DNA of 64,000 nucleotides from Octopus vulgaris (GCA_951406725.2 OX597816.1:102362001-102426000); one strand, 5' to 3'. Positions 27,985 to 41,415 are shown, counted from the first letter of the stretch. A program made the numbers and translations. The notes: generated by a model not told the origin, from the letters alone.

Positions 27985-29245
27985 TTGGTTTCATGTTAAC
28001 AAAACTAGGAAAATATCCCAGTGTCTTAACAATTTTTCAAGCCGATAACATGGAGAAAAATGTTCGCCTCCATTTTGGAAGACAATCTCGTTTAGTTCAC
28101 GGGGCACCCCGTAAATTAACGTGAATGAATCAATGAATCAATGACTCAAGGGACGTTATTCTTGGGTAGCTTTTTTGGGATGTTTGTCTCCCTTGGATTT
28201 GTCTTTTGGGCAAATTTTTCTTGTGGTCAATTCGTTTGCATTATTTTGCTTTCGTTCTCGGCATGGTGTTCTTATACTTGTGTGCTGAGGTAGTTCGTCA
28301 TTGGGAAATATTTCTTCTTTGTGTGGAGTTTATGTGCTATGTGTGTTCACGTTTCGGAAAGAAGCTATCCTGGTAGTGTTTCCTTCGCAGTGTGGGGCTC
28401 TTCTTCGAAACATTTGAGTGTAAAATATTGCTTGTGTATGCAGGCAGAGAAGGTTTCATCCCTAATGTTTAGGATGTTATCTGTTGATTGTATAATGCAT
28501 AATTGTTCAGTAATACGGAGTTTACATTTGGTATCCCGTCCTCTGTATTTTTTGGCTTTAGCAATAATTTTCCATTCTATTTGGGGGTTGTTTATTCTAC
28601 CTTCTTTCAATGTCCATATCATATTTAACATAGCTGTTGCAGGATTTTTGCTTTTGTCTCTGAATGACGCCAGATGTTGTGTATACCTTTCCTTGAACGA
28701 GTTGCCCGTAATTCCGACATATGTTTTTGTTATTCCGTTGGGGTCTGTGATTTTGGCTTTGTATACGAATTCTTTCTCGAGACAGTTGTTGTTTAGAGGG
28801 CAGCTGTTTGGGGATCTACAGTTGCATTGTCTCTCGGGGTGTTTCTGGTATGTTTATGCTTATTGTGATTGAGTATTACTGACCCTATATTGGAGAGGCA
28901 GCTATAGCTAACTTTAACACTATTTCTGTTGAAGATCTTGTGGTAATTGTGTGAATGTGGAAAGTGGTTGTCTATTAGTTTTAAGACTTTCCTAGTTGTG
29001 TTAGTAGCTACAAATTAACCACACAAAAGTTTGCCCCCAAAAAACAAATCCAAAAGATGCCACCCAAGAATAACATCCCTTGATCCATTGATTCATTGTT
29101 TTATTCACGTGAAATTACGAGAAACATCGTGAACTAGACGAGACTGTTTCCCAAAATGGAAGCGGAGACTTTTCTCCATGTGATCGGTTTGAAAAATTGT
29201 CAAGACTCCAGGATATTTTCCTACTTTTCTTAACATGAAAGCAAT
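27985..29245 (-). mobile_element. PLE fragment (RT thumb + GIY-YIG, 28365-29012) between about 230-bp inverted repeats
   Basis: LKLIDNHFP..YHKIFNRNSVKVSYSCLSNI, frameshift, CNCRSPNSCPLNNNCL..VYKAKI..TYVGITGNSFKERYTQH..IWTLK..IEWKII; arms about 27985-28220 and 29020-29245. Confidence 0.85.
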
Positions 29246-29401
29246 GGTAGCCTTAATTCACACACACACGCACACGCACACGCACGCATGTACGCACACC
29301 ATAAAACAGACTGTAAAGAGACTGGTGTTTGTGTGCGTTAGAAAAATTCATTTAAGAAAATCGGTAAAAAGAGTACAGTGGACATGCTGAGCGATGCGAA
29401 A

Positions 29402-29434
29402 CCCAACGTTTCGGACAGAGTCCTTCTTCGGAAA
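29402..29434 (-). ncRNA. Minimal hammerhead-like motif (CCGAAGA core)
   Basis: Minus strand ttt-CCGAAGA-A-GGAC-tct-GTCC-GAAA-CG-TT-ggg; stem I has only wobble pairs. Confidence 0.5.
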
Positions 29435-30756
29435 AAGTTGACCAAAGAAAAATTAGGGAGACACAACAGAGTTGTACATCTTCTAAGTTAGAAATACTGC
29501 AGCTAATAACGAATGCAGAACTACGGGAGTTTCATAGATGGTTGAAGAGGGGAACAGGGTGAGGGAGGCAGATGAAAAGGGAAATGGAATGAGGAGGAGA
29601 AGCGGGTGAAGCCGATAGTGTGGTGAAGGGGAAAATGAAGAGAAAGAGGACTTGGAGGATAAGTAAAGGTATAAATAAAGATTTTCCTTGTATTCATACA
29701 ACTGCTCTTAGTTTATTTTATGTATGTGTGTGCGTGTGTTTGTGTGAGTGTTTATGTGTGTGTGTATTTGTGTGTGTGTATGTGTGTGTGTGTATACACA
29801 CATATATGTATTTATGGATGATGACATGTATATGCGCGCGCGTGTGTGAGCATATTTTGTGTGTGTGCGTGCGGCGCGTGTATGTGTATGTGTGCGTGTG
29901 TGTCACAATAATGTTTTGTCCTTGTAGTGTAGAGAATCTCATGTTTCAATGATTCTAACTGCTATAGTAGCGGAGCGCAACGCCTGGTAGAGTCTCTCAT
30001 GTTGTACAGGTCAAAGGCTAGAAGTCAATCTATTACGAGCTACTACTTGCCTGAAGTGAAAATGGGTTTGCGTTGGGCCAACACCAATATAGAAAAGTGC
30101 AAAGATGCAGAAACATTTATGACTATTGAAAACCAACCTAGGAAAGCAAGGCCTTCCACCAGGAAAACATGATGCGGTGCTGTAAAACCAGAAACGAAAA
30201 AGCAAAGATACGATTAGAGAGAAATAGAAACGACACCTCAGTATCGAGAACACTGAAGAAAGTCGTTGTTTGCTTATCTAGTGCTCGCCTAAGTAGTGAA
30301 GAATCTAAGCAGACACCCCCCCCCCACACACGCACACACATACACACGCACACACACACACGCACATACACACATTCATATATATATATATATACACTTA
30401 AATGTATATATACATACATATACATATAATCTAAATATATATTTAACTATCTTGGAAACGTCTGAACCACTCGTACACTTGTGTGTAGCTCATACACTTC
30501 CCGCCATACACTTTCTGCAACTTTGCGCTGGCTTCTGAGCAGGTATCGCCATGACAACTTTCTCTGTCATGATCAATGCGATGATCACATGCTACACACA
30601 TTCCTTCCAAGTACTGCTATAAACAGGAGAAGTCAACTAGAACGTTAAAACTTAGTGTGCATGCACAACAGAGTCCAAACTGTGCCAAGCAGCTTTAGTC
30701 TGCGTGCTTTAACTTCGTTACTATAGCAACAGTCCGGATACTTATTGATCAGACTT

Positions 30757-30827
<71 letters not shown>

Positions 30828-30829
30828 TT

Positions 30830-31737
30830 TTAATCTTTAAATCGTTTCAGCTTCAAAGCTGCGATTATGCTAGGTCACTAGGTCACCACCGTTGATTATA
30901 CTACATCATTATTTGAAACCTCCTATGATATGTGGCATTTGGTGAATGAGGAAGTTCTAGGAAGAAGAATTTAAATTCTATCAGTCTCTCTCAATAGCTG
31001 ATACGTTGCATTGAGACATCTGCATAGCTAGCAAGGATGGCTATCTGAGCAACTGAGGGCATGTCTGAGAGGGTTACTATGAATAGCAGTGGCCCCAAGA
31101 CAGTGCCCTGTGGAACACCACTTACTCTTTGTGTTTCCTTTGAGGTGGCTCCATTGGCCACCACTTCCTGATGTCTATCTTTTAGGAAGTCGTGCAGCCA
31201 CTCTAAGTTTTCCGACTATGCCGAGATTACGCAGTTTGTGTCATATCATACCATGGTCGACTTTATCAAAGGTTTTTGCAACGTTGAGATATATTACATC
31301 CACATTTGAGTCATTTCGCAGCTGTTTTAATACCCAGTCATTGTGTTGCAAGAGCTGTGTTAGGCAGCTTCTACCTGGCCGAAATCCATGCTGGGTGTCA
31401 GTCATCAAGTAATTTTCTTCAAGGAATGAGATTAGTTTCTTGCGGACTATTCGTTCCATGACTTTGCTGATGTGTGAGGTCAGAGAGATAGGCCTATAAA
31501 GTTTAGCATCTGCTCTGCTTCCTCCCTTATAGATAGGACATATTATCCTTTCCTTCAGTTTGTCTGGGAGCTTAACACTTGCAAGAAAGCTCTGAAAAAG
31601 AAGCTGCAGTGGTTTTGCAAATGCTTCGTTTGCATGATTTCAGAAGGACCTCTGGAAATCCATCAGGGCCAGTAGCTGAGTTTGTGTCAACTTCATCTAT
31701 GGTCAGTGTTACATCTTCTTTAATGTTGATGTAACCA

Positions 31738-31740
<3 letters not shown>
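30830..31740 (-). mobile_element. CR1-like LINE RT fragment with internal deletion and 3' tail
   Basis: SATGPDGFP, YRPISLTSHISKVMERIV, QHGFRPGRSCLTQLL, DVIYLNVAKTFDKVDH, GVPQGTVLGPLLF; stops and frameshifts. Confidence 0.9.
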
Positions 31741-31775
<35 letters not shown>

Positions 31776-32004
31776 GTATTAAAATAAGGATTACTCCGAA
31801 GTAGTAATAACATTGCCTTTAATTCGACTGATATACAGTGACTAATATACACATAAATTTCATTAAGTAGGAACTAATAAAAGTACTTCTAATAAACTAA
31901 TATTATAAACCTTGCTAAGTTTAAAGACAATAAAACCACAAGTATTAACACTTACATGTTATATTCTTAATTCTATAAATTTACGTGCGCCTATGTACGC
32001 ACAC

Positions 32005-32108
<104 letters not shown>

Positions 32109-32118
32109 CACACACAAA

Positions 32119-32157
<39 letters not shown>

Positions 32158-32160
<3 letters not shown>

Positions 32161-32348
32161 AACATAATTATAATTAGGGTTTAGCAAAATTGCTTGACCA
32201 CATACCGAAATTTAGAAATAGCAGTTAAATGCTATTCTACTACCATAAGACAGCAATACTCTCAACTCACACAGGCAAAGTGAAAAAATAACGAAGCCAC
32301 CCGGCTTTGATTTTGATTTTGCTAAACCCTAATTATAATTATGTTTAT
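32158..32348. mobile_element. MITE-like element with perfect 33-bp inverted termini
   Basis: ataaacataattataattagggtttagcaaaat (32158-32190) and its exact reverse complement (32316-32348). Confidence 0.75.
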
Positions 32349-32455
32349 AATTATAATAATTTTTGTATAAGTTTAACGATAATGGTTCTTTTAACATACT
32401 GAACTACTTGGTAAGATTATTAATTATAAATTGATTAATCAATTTTACCCTTTGT

Positions 32456-32459
<4 letters not shown>

Positions 32460-32530
<71 letters not shown>

Positions 32531-32601
32531 TGTTGTTGTTGTTGTTGTTGTTGCTTTTGTTGTTGTTGTTGTTATTATTATTATTATTATTATTATATAT
32601 A

Positions 32602-32668
<67 letters not shown>
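32460..32668. repeat. (TTA)n-(TTG)n-(TA)n-(GA)n compound microsatellite
   Basis: Directly visible. Confidence 0.95.
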
Positions 32669-32671
<3 letters not shown>

Positions 32672-33211
32672 TACATATATATATTTCCGTCTCAGATTTG
32701 AACTCCCCGTGCTCTCCTTCGTGGGATAAAAGAATGAATGACAAGATGTAATTAGGAACATGGTGTCACGTTGCACTATATCTACCGATTAAATCATATC
32801 TTATTGGCCAGTCTCAATCAAACGTTCAACAATGTGTCCTGCTGGGAAAAGTGAAGGTTGACAAGTCTGTTATACTAATTACAATACTGAGTTGCTTTCA
32901 GTTTTCAGTACATGCATTTCTTGCTATGGCCAATAATCTATGATGGCTACAAGATCTATCGTGTTTAGAATTTTAGATATTTTAGCATAACATTTGTCTG
33001 TTTTTAATATATAAAGAGTAATATAAATTTCTTATTCGGCGTCATAGATATTTTCTTCAGAATGAGGAGCTTTCATCAGACTCACGGTAGAGATCATAGT
33101 GTTGCTAAGATCATTTTTATTTTTCGGATTTCGGAGTATTTTTATATTTGCATCTATAAAATGAGAGAGGTTTCAGTCAGACTCACGGTACATCCATTTT
33201 ACCCGCTTGTA

Positions 33212-33875
33212 CAGTTGAGAATCCTTTATCCGAAAATTATGTGATCGAAAGTATTGCAGAGGTCATTTCTTCTTTCGGATTTCGGAGTATTGTTATATAA
33301 AATGAAAGAGCTTGTGGATGGGACCCAAGTGTAAGCACACTATCCAATTGCATTTCATTATATCGCTTATACATTATACCCTAAATTTTGTTTTATGCAA
33401 CTTTTTAAGTCTTTTATACATGAGAAAGATAAGATCTCATTCTATCATGTTTTCATTAAAAAGTTGCAGTACTTGTACGCCATTTCTATTTCATATTTTT
33501 TTTACTATATTGGTAGGTATTAAGTGTTAATGTAAGGTGTAAAAACAAGGCATTAAACATGATTAAAATGAAAACTGAAAAAAAGTCAGGCCTTTACTTT
33601 TAAAGCAATGTACAAATAATAATGCTGGTCATGTGACACGTACATGGAATTAGAATTCAGATCTCTCGTAAAAATAATATGTTCTGCATACTGTAAAAAA
33701 AAAATCCTAAACAAAACATGATCACAATTCACAAACTGGAAGATAATTGCAGCCCCAAACATTAACAACTACGCCAAGTTCGCGAAACTTGAGGGAAAGA
33801 GTGTGACATGTCACCATTCCAAAAAACTTCCAACTTTTAGAAATTTTCGAATTTCGGATAAAATATTTTCAGCTG
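33212..33875. mobile_element. pogo/Tigger-like MITE
   Basis: ta|cagttgagaatcctttatccgaaa ... tttcggataaaatattttcagctg|ta. Confidence 0.7.
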
Positions 33876-34399
33876 TATAAAGAAGTGCAGTTTCCCCGAT
33901 ACTCCAGTTTATGAGACGCCATCGGATCCGCTGACTTAAACTTCTAAACCTATTTGAATAGAAAAGTGGAACAAATGTGTTTAGAAACGGAATCACAACG
34001 CAGTTCGCGAAGTCTTCATTCGCCATCTTTACAAAACTTTTATTAACACTTTATTAAAACTGTTACTAAATTTTTTCTTTTAAATTTTATAAAAAACTTT
34101 CATTAAGCAAGAATTAAACCATTTATTATTATGTTTATTAAATCCAATGAAATTTTTATGGTAACGTTTTTTAAAATAATATTTTTTTAAATTTAATAAT
34201 TTCATTAAACCTTTATATATAAACTTTTATTAAACCTGTATTATTATTTCTTAAACCCTTTTATTAAATCTTTATTAAAACCTAATTAAAACTTCATTAA
34301 ATCTTTAATAAACATTTATTAAACACTATTAAACACATTATTAAATACTTTATTAATCCAACAGAAATTACTACTACCGCCGTCCTGCCACCAACGCCT

Positions 34400-34566
34400 C
34401 TTCTTCTTCTTCTTCTTCTTCTTCTTCTTCTTCTTCTTCTTCTTCTTCTTCTTCTTCTTCTTCTTCTTCTTCTTCTTCTTCTTCTTCTTCTTCTTCTTCT
34501 TCTTCTTCTTCTTCTTCTTCTTCTTCTTCTTCTTCTTCTTCTTCTTCTTCTTCTTCTTCTTCTTCT
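34400..34566. repeat. Pure (CTT)n tract, about 55 units
   Basis: Directly visible. Confidence 0.97.
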
Positions 34567-36510
34567 GTTGTTTGTCTTTTTTTTTTTTTTTTTGTAAATC
34601 GTATTATCCATTCAGTCAGTTAATTTATTCAACAAGAGTAGAATTGCATGTTCCCATGGCAGCGCCGCAACAAAAGTAAACTTTTTTGTTTTTTCCACAG
34701 TTTCTATGTGAGAAAGAACTGTAAAGCTAGACTTGTATTTCCCGTTACAAAAGGGAATCAATCCAGTTGTTTCCTCTCATTTTCTTTTCAATACCTCACT
34801 TAGTTTTTCTTTCATCTACTTCTCTCAGAAGTCAACTTCAAAAACACTCACTGGACTGCTCAAGAACCGACTATTTTGTTCTCATCGTGCTCTTTGCACT
34901 CTCTTTTTCTATTCTTCTTCCCCCCTTTCTCTATTTCCCCTCTTTCCTCCTCTCTCTCTTTCTCTCCCCTTTTCAAACCTTTCTATTGTTTTCGATCTCT
35001 TTTTAGATAAATCCTTTTTCTCTCCTCTTTTACGAAATTATTGACGCGAAATCTTTTAGTCTTTTCTTTCTCCGTTAACTTTTTCTTTCTTTTTTAAAGA
35101 ATTAAATAAATAAAAAAAGGCACAAGCTTACATACAGAAAAAGAATAAAAGGAAGAAAAAAACTACTTTCTCATCATAAAAGACAACTGTCCCCCTTAAG
35201 AAACCCAAAGCATTCCCTTGAGAAACCATAAAGAAAAGCCACGTTGTTCTCTCCAAAATGTTGCTTTGGTGAGAGCGTGTAATTATAAAGTTGTTAAAAA
35301 ATAAAATTAATGTTTGAAATAATAATGAAAACTAAGATTAGAACAACTTAAAGGTGAATAGTCTGAACAATTTTATAGACATCAGTGCAGTACTGGTACT
35401 TGATCGACTTCAAGAGGAATTGAACTTAAGGAGACGTATTTAAATAACGCGAGTTTCTACCAGTTTTATTACTTTGATCATCCCTCTCAAAGAAAGAACC
35501 GTCGTGTTCTTGGATACTGAGCCTTCGGTTGTAATTCCTTTACATTATGAAGGATAAAAGAAAAAATGGCGCACTAATGAAAGATATAATAGCCTCAACA
35601 AGAAACAAAAATGCGAATTAATTGTAATAGTTTAACAGGAAATCGAAACCTCATCACGATCATTCTTGTAAGCACCCTCTCAAACGAAAAACTGTCATGT
35701 TCCTGAATAGTGAACTTTCGGTTTTGATTCCTTTACATTCCAAGGGATAGAAAGAAAAGATTGTGGATCAAACGAGAGATACTAATAACTCCAATAAGAA
35801 AGATACGAATTGAGTGTGGTAGTTTAAGAAGAAATTACATCCCAAACATCAGGTCCTAAAGCGGGCATAGGGAACCTTTCTCGAGAAGCGGACCTCTCAT
35901 CATTAGGTGGGCTACACTACTAAAAACTTTCGAGGCACTTCTTCGTTAGGCGTGCCATTCGCAAAGTCCGCGGGCCGTAGATTGGCCATGACTTATTTCA
36001 TTTTCTTAACTGAGCTGTTCCCAGTTTCAATCCTAAAGCAATTATCAAAAGTTTTTAACTAATTTCTGGTGGGGAAACTAGTTTTGTCGTAGCTACCGAC
36101 TGATAATATACGAGTGTCATTTCCGGCAAGTACCCAAGGACTTGGTTGCTGTATGTAGCAATAATCAGTGCATGGCATACCAAGCAGCTGTCCGGTGGTT
36201 TACACGGGTCAAAGAACCCAATGTTAATCTATGTATACAGTGGTTTGCAGTCAGTAAATAAATAAGCCCCAATGCATTGCTTTGATCGGAAGAGTATAAA
36301 GTTTTTAAAACGGCTCTGCAAACAATGCAATGTCTGTCGAACTAAATAGCACAGGGCGTGCCATTGTATTCTACAAATACCTTATTAACCAAACGGAGAG
36401 AAAGAAGGTTAAATGATTGCTCGACCAGCTAGAAACAGCAGTCAAAACCATATTAAACTACATCAAAACAAATATAATATATATTATGTGTATGTATATA
36501 TCTATATCTA

Positions 36511-36585
<75 letters not shown>

Positions 36586-37261
36586 ATACATACACATACA
36601 TAGAGGTATAGCAAGAGGGAGGAGGGCAAATGGGTGGGAGTAGGGTGGGCTAGGAGTCGCCCTACTGTGCAGGTGTGAAAGGGCGCAAAATACCCTTTGG
36701 TCTATAACGCCTATTGAAGTGGGTTGGTGTGTGTGTGTGTGTGTGTGTGGGGTATGTGTGTGTGCCAAAAGTGCATTTGCCTTCGAGTAAATATATATAT
36801 ACACTGCTACACTAGTGTATATACAAGATATATGCATATAATACGCGCGCACACATACATACACAGATACATGTATGTATGTATGTATGTATGTATGTAT
36901 GTATGTATGTATGTATGTATGTATCTATCTATCTATCTATCTATACACACACACATATATATATATATACGTATGTGTGCGTATATATATATATATATAT
37001 ATATGCACACGCACGATTTGAATGAGCCTAAGAACAGATGAGACCTGAAGATGCAGTCAACCCATGTACAGTAAATTTAACTGAAGTTAAGTAAATGCTA
37101 TTTATACCTTAAAAACATAAAAAATGTGTCTGTGTGTATTTATGCCCATGTACGTGTGCATGTGTGTATGTCTGTCATTCTGTGTGTGCGTGTGTATGTA
37201 TATATATGTGTGCATGTGTGCGTATGTGTATATGTATATTTGCTCACACATACACATGAAC

Positions 37262-37312
<51 letters not shown>

Positions 37313-38037
37313 TATATATTTAAATTTCAAATTTGAAGGTCCAACTGTTGAAAATACCTAAGGCTCTTTGATTTTCTATGGTATGTACATTTTTAGAACT
37401 AACATTCACAGACTCGTGAAAACGATCTCAGGTAGATAGAAAGCTGTACTAAACTAGCATATAAAGGTGTTTGTTTTTTAGGTCTAGCTCATCCCTGATC
37501 GAACAGAACTATGGTCAAAGGCACTAATCATGATCATCCTTCATTATTTAGTCATAATGTATCTGGAGATAGATCATGAATTGTTTTCTGCCGATTTCAA
37601 GAGGGTCGGATATATATATGGTGGACTCTCTCATCGAAGACGATGAATGAGAGTTCAGTAAATAACTTTCAACAATTCCTAAGCCTTGTGACACCCAAGA
37701 GCAAGTAAGCAATGTTTAGGTCATTTTTTATAGACCCCTCCCCATGAAGAGGAAAGCAGTGCCATCCTAAATAGGGCTGCTTTGTTATGAAAGGAGTACA
37801 CGAGTCACACAATTACTTGCGTGTGTTGTGCAAGTAATATAAAAATAACTGAGAATCAGATGAATTAGATACTTAAGTTGAAGCACAAAATCAGTGTGGT
37901 ATTATCTGCACAACTCAAAGTAAGGTGAATAAAATCAAAATAAGCAATAGGACATCAAGAGGTGATGCAGTACGCTTAAAACGGCCGTACTGCATCACCT
38001 CTTGATATCATGTTGCTTATTTTGATATATATATATA

Positions 38038-38150
38038 TTGGTCGGTGCAGAGATATTGTAGAAGACACTTGTTCGGAGTACCACGTAGTGGGACTGAACC
38101 CCGAACCATGTGTTTTGGAATCAAACATCTTACCACACAGCCACACATGC
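38038..38150 (-). mobile_element. SINE family C 5' part
   Basis: Minus strand gtggctgtgtggtaagatg..ggggttcagtcccactacgtgg. Confidence 0.7.
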
Positions 38151-38498
38151 ACCTTTATGTTCAAAATAACATCAACCATTAACAGCTGTCTTTTGAGGAG
38201 TATTTGGAAATATATTAATGTGTCGTTCTTTTATTTTAAGTTGGCAGGAGAATAATTTGAATGTTATCTGCTGCTACTTTTGAAAGTCCAGCTAACATAT
38301 TGACCTATTTGGCTTATACAATATAATCTAATATAATATATGCAAAAACTAATTTTTGTGTATCAGTGTGTCACACTTTGACCCTTCTCTCTCACTAATC
38401 AATGACACTTCGTCGTGCTAGAGTGTGAGTAATAGTAGGCATAGAAACGGTGAGGGTAGCGGCGAAGAGAGAGAGAGAAAGAGAGAGATAGAGAGAAT

Positions 38499-38560
<62 letters not shown>

Positions 38561-38598
38561 GATAGAGAGATAGAGATAGATAGATCGAGATCGAGATC

Positions 38599-38632
<34 letters not shown>

Positions 38633-38802
38633 AAGAGGGAAATGATGTACAACTTGTCTGGACAGAAATTCCTGTGGCTAGTATACTGAACCAACTACTG
38701 AACACTATCAGTTTTGTTTTATTTTTGCTTTCTCTAATACATACAGACATACATATATGCATACATACATGCATATATATATATGTGTGTGAGTGTGTGT
38801 GA

Positions 38803-38835
<33 letters not shown>

Positions 38836-39613
38836 CATATACATATATATATACACAAACACACATGTATATGTATAAAATATACTTTAATTGAAATGCA
38901 TTTTCCCCAAAGTTAAACATATCTAATATAATAAATGTGAATGTCAGTGTGTCAGTGTGTCATACTTTTTCATCTTTAATCCTAGAGGCCGTAGCCAAAC
39001 ATATCATAGCATTTTAGAAGCCGGCTAACTCTGCAAGTAAATTAAAAACCATTCCGGGCCGAATCCGGACCTGCAATCGTGAAATTTTGCATTCCTATAT
39101 TTTCATTACTCCGATTGTTTTCGACAATTTTTTTTACATGACTTTTAGCAACGAATATGATCATCATTGGGATATGACTCTGGAGGGAGCAATTGCAATA
39201 AATTCTCGAAAACAAGTCAAGAGATCTGTTTGGCCAATAGGGTGACTTTTAAACAGCCTTACTAAGCAGCCATGTTTCTTTTAACGATCATGCAGCCAAG
39301 CTGCAAACATCAATCACTCTGTTGTTCATCAGGAACATCAAGAACGAGATAGAATATCTAGGATAAAAATTATTTTCATTGGTGGGTAATGTTTTGTTAT
39401 CGCCATTGGAAAAGCCAAGGCTTCAAGTGATTGGCTAAAATATTTTGCACACAAAGACAAATACGAACACAGACACACAAACTCTCTCTCTCACACACAC
39501 ACACACACTATATATATATATATATATGTGCTTTAATATGTGTGTGCGTGTATGTGTGTATGTGCATATATACATATACATGCATGTATAAGATACATAC
39601 ATACATACATACA

Positions 39614-39663
<50 letters not shown>

Positions 39664-39985
39664 AGATAAAACTTACTTGGAAGTGGATGCGTGGCGTTCC
39701 ATCATATAATAACAAAATAATAAATAAAACATATGCATATATACATACATATATGTACGTACCTACATCTATGTTGTTTAAAAAAAATATCCGTTTCCTT
39801 GGTTTTGTTTTTATGTTTTCGTTTCTCATTGTGTTCGATGTTTTTGGGTGTCCTGTACCCATATATGCATGTATAAATACATATAGATGTAGGTACGTAC
39901 ATATATGTATGTATATATACATATGTTTTATTTACTATTTTATTATTATATATATATATATATATATATATACAAATGTATGTGT

Positions 39986-40069
<84 letters not shown>

Positions 40070-40217
40070 CGCAGCTCTGAGCTGAAACTAGAAAAAAAAA
40101 TATATATATATATACACATACATATCGTTAACATTTTAAAAAAATTTTCATTGGTAATGCACACACTCGGAAGTTTAGGATAATTTGAAATGTCAAATAA
40201 GATACCTTTAAACTAGA

Positions 40218-40350
40218 GGTTTAAAATTTTGGCACCGAGCCAGCAGTTGTGAGGTGAGAGAAAAGTCGGTTACATCGACCCCTTTACTTGATTGGTGCCT
40301 ATTTTATCGACTCAGAAAGGATGAAAGGTCTTGTCGACCTCGGCGGAATA
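40218..40350 (-). mobile_element. SINE family A 3' part
   Basis: Homology to the family A consensus; truncated where the LINE fragment starts. Confidence 0.75.
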
Positions 40351-40964
40351 TAGAGGATTGGTGGAGGGGAGGTGCGACAACTTTCTCGAGCAGAATCTGG
40401 GCGTCGACGAGGAACACCTGACCCGCCTGTCCAGTATAACTTTCGGGCCGGGGCCTATGGACAATCACCAGAGATCCCTGGCCTGGCAGTACTATCGAGA
40501 GGCCTTATTACTCGTTCGGGATAAACTCTACAGGCACGGTTCGAGACACACCGGACAGACTTGTCTGAGATAGGGTCAGAGCGACGAAACCATTCTGCGC
40601 GCACTCGTGCAGTATGCAACCATTATGCCGAACGGCTGCCGTCACGTGTGGGACGAGTTCGCCTGTCGGCCGAGTCTATCATGAAAATTGCTTCGCCACC
40701 GTCCTTTAACCGGGAAGGCAAGGCATCTTCATCGTAGTGGTGGCCATGGTGAAAGAACGTGTGTGGTGGACTCGAGCGAAAGGTTTAGAGACAAACACTT
40801 ACTCCTCTGGTCAATCGCTCATCATCTTTTTCAAGCACCATTTGAAAAGGAAGGTGAGAATAGAGAGGCAACTTTTGTCTAGTGAAAGTTTCAATAAAAG
40901 GTGGATGAATGTAGCAAAGATGGTGCGTGCGAGTGATGAAGCCACTTTGAGCATGATCCTGTAA

Positions 40965-41017
<53 letters not shown>

Positions 41018-41344
41018 CAGACAGACAGAGAGAGACAGACAGACAGAGAGAGACAGACAGACAGAGAGACACAGAGAGCACTTTGCTCTCTTGTGTTTAT
41101 TCCCTCCCTGCCTGAGGTTACCGTGGACGTTTCCGTAGGCTTTTCTTTCTACTGATAAACCTAATCTTGCTTTTTACACTTTTAAAATTTTCTGTGATAC
41201 ACGATCCCTTTTGATCATTATTTTTTCTCACGATCCCTTTTGATCGGAATTTTATTTTTCTCCTTTTTTCTATTATCGAAAATAAAAGATCTACATTGCA
41301 TTTTGTCTCCTCTGTGTTCGGCCCTGTATGGATAATAAAGAAAC

Positions 41345-41345
<1 letters not shown>
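40351..41345 (+). mobile_element. L1/Tx1-like LINE ORF2 C-terminus and 3' UTR
   Basis: QRSLAWQYYREALLLVRDKL..CLR*GQSDETILRALV..KERVWWTR..FNKRW..stop at 40964; UTR ends aataaagaaa before (CTAT)n. Confidence 0.65.

Positions 41346-41415
<70 letters not shown>

Noticed and set aside
28321-28872. 183-aa hydrophobic plus-strand ORF
   Set aside because: Antisense of the PLE GIY-YIG region
29100-29175. SECIS element in the PLE arm
   Set aside because: The RUGA/GA quartet is not conserved in the second arm and no in-frame TGA is seen in the fragment
34297-34611. Protamine-like poly-Arg ORF
   Set aside because: Pure (AGA)n microsatellite
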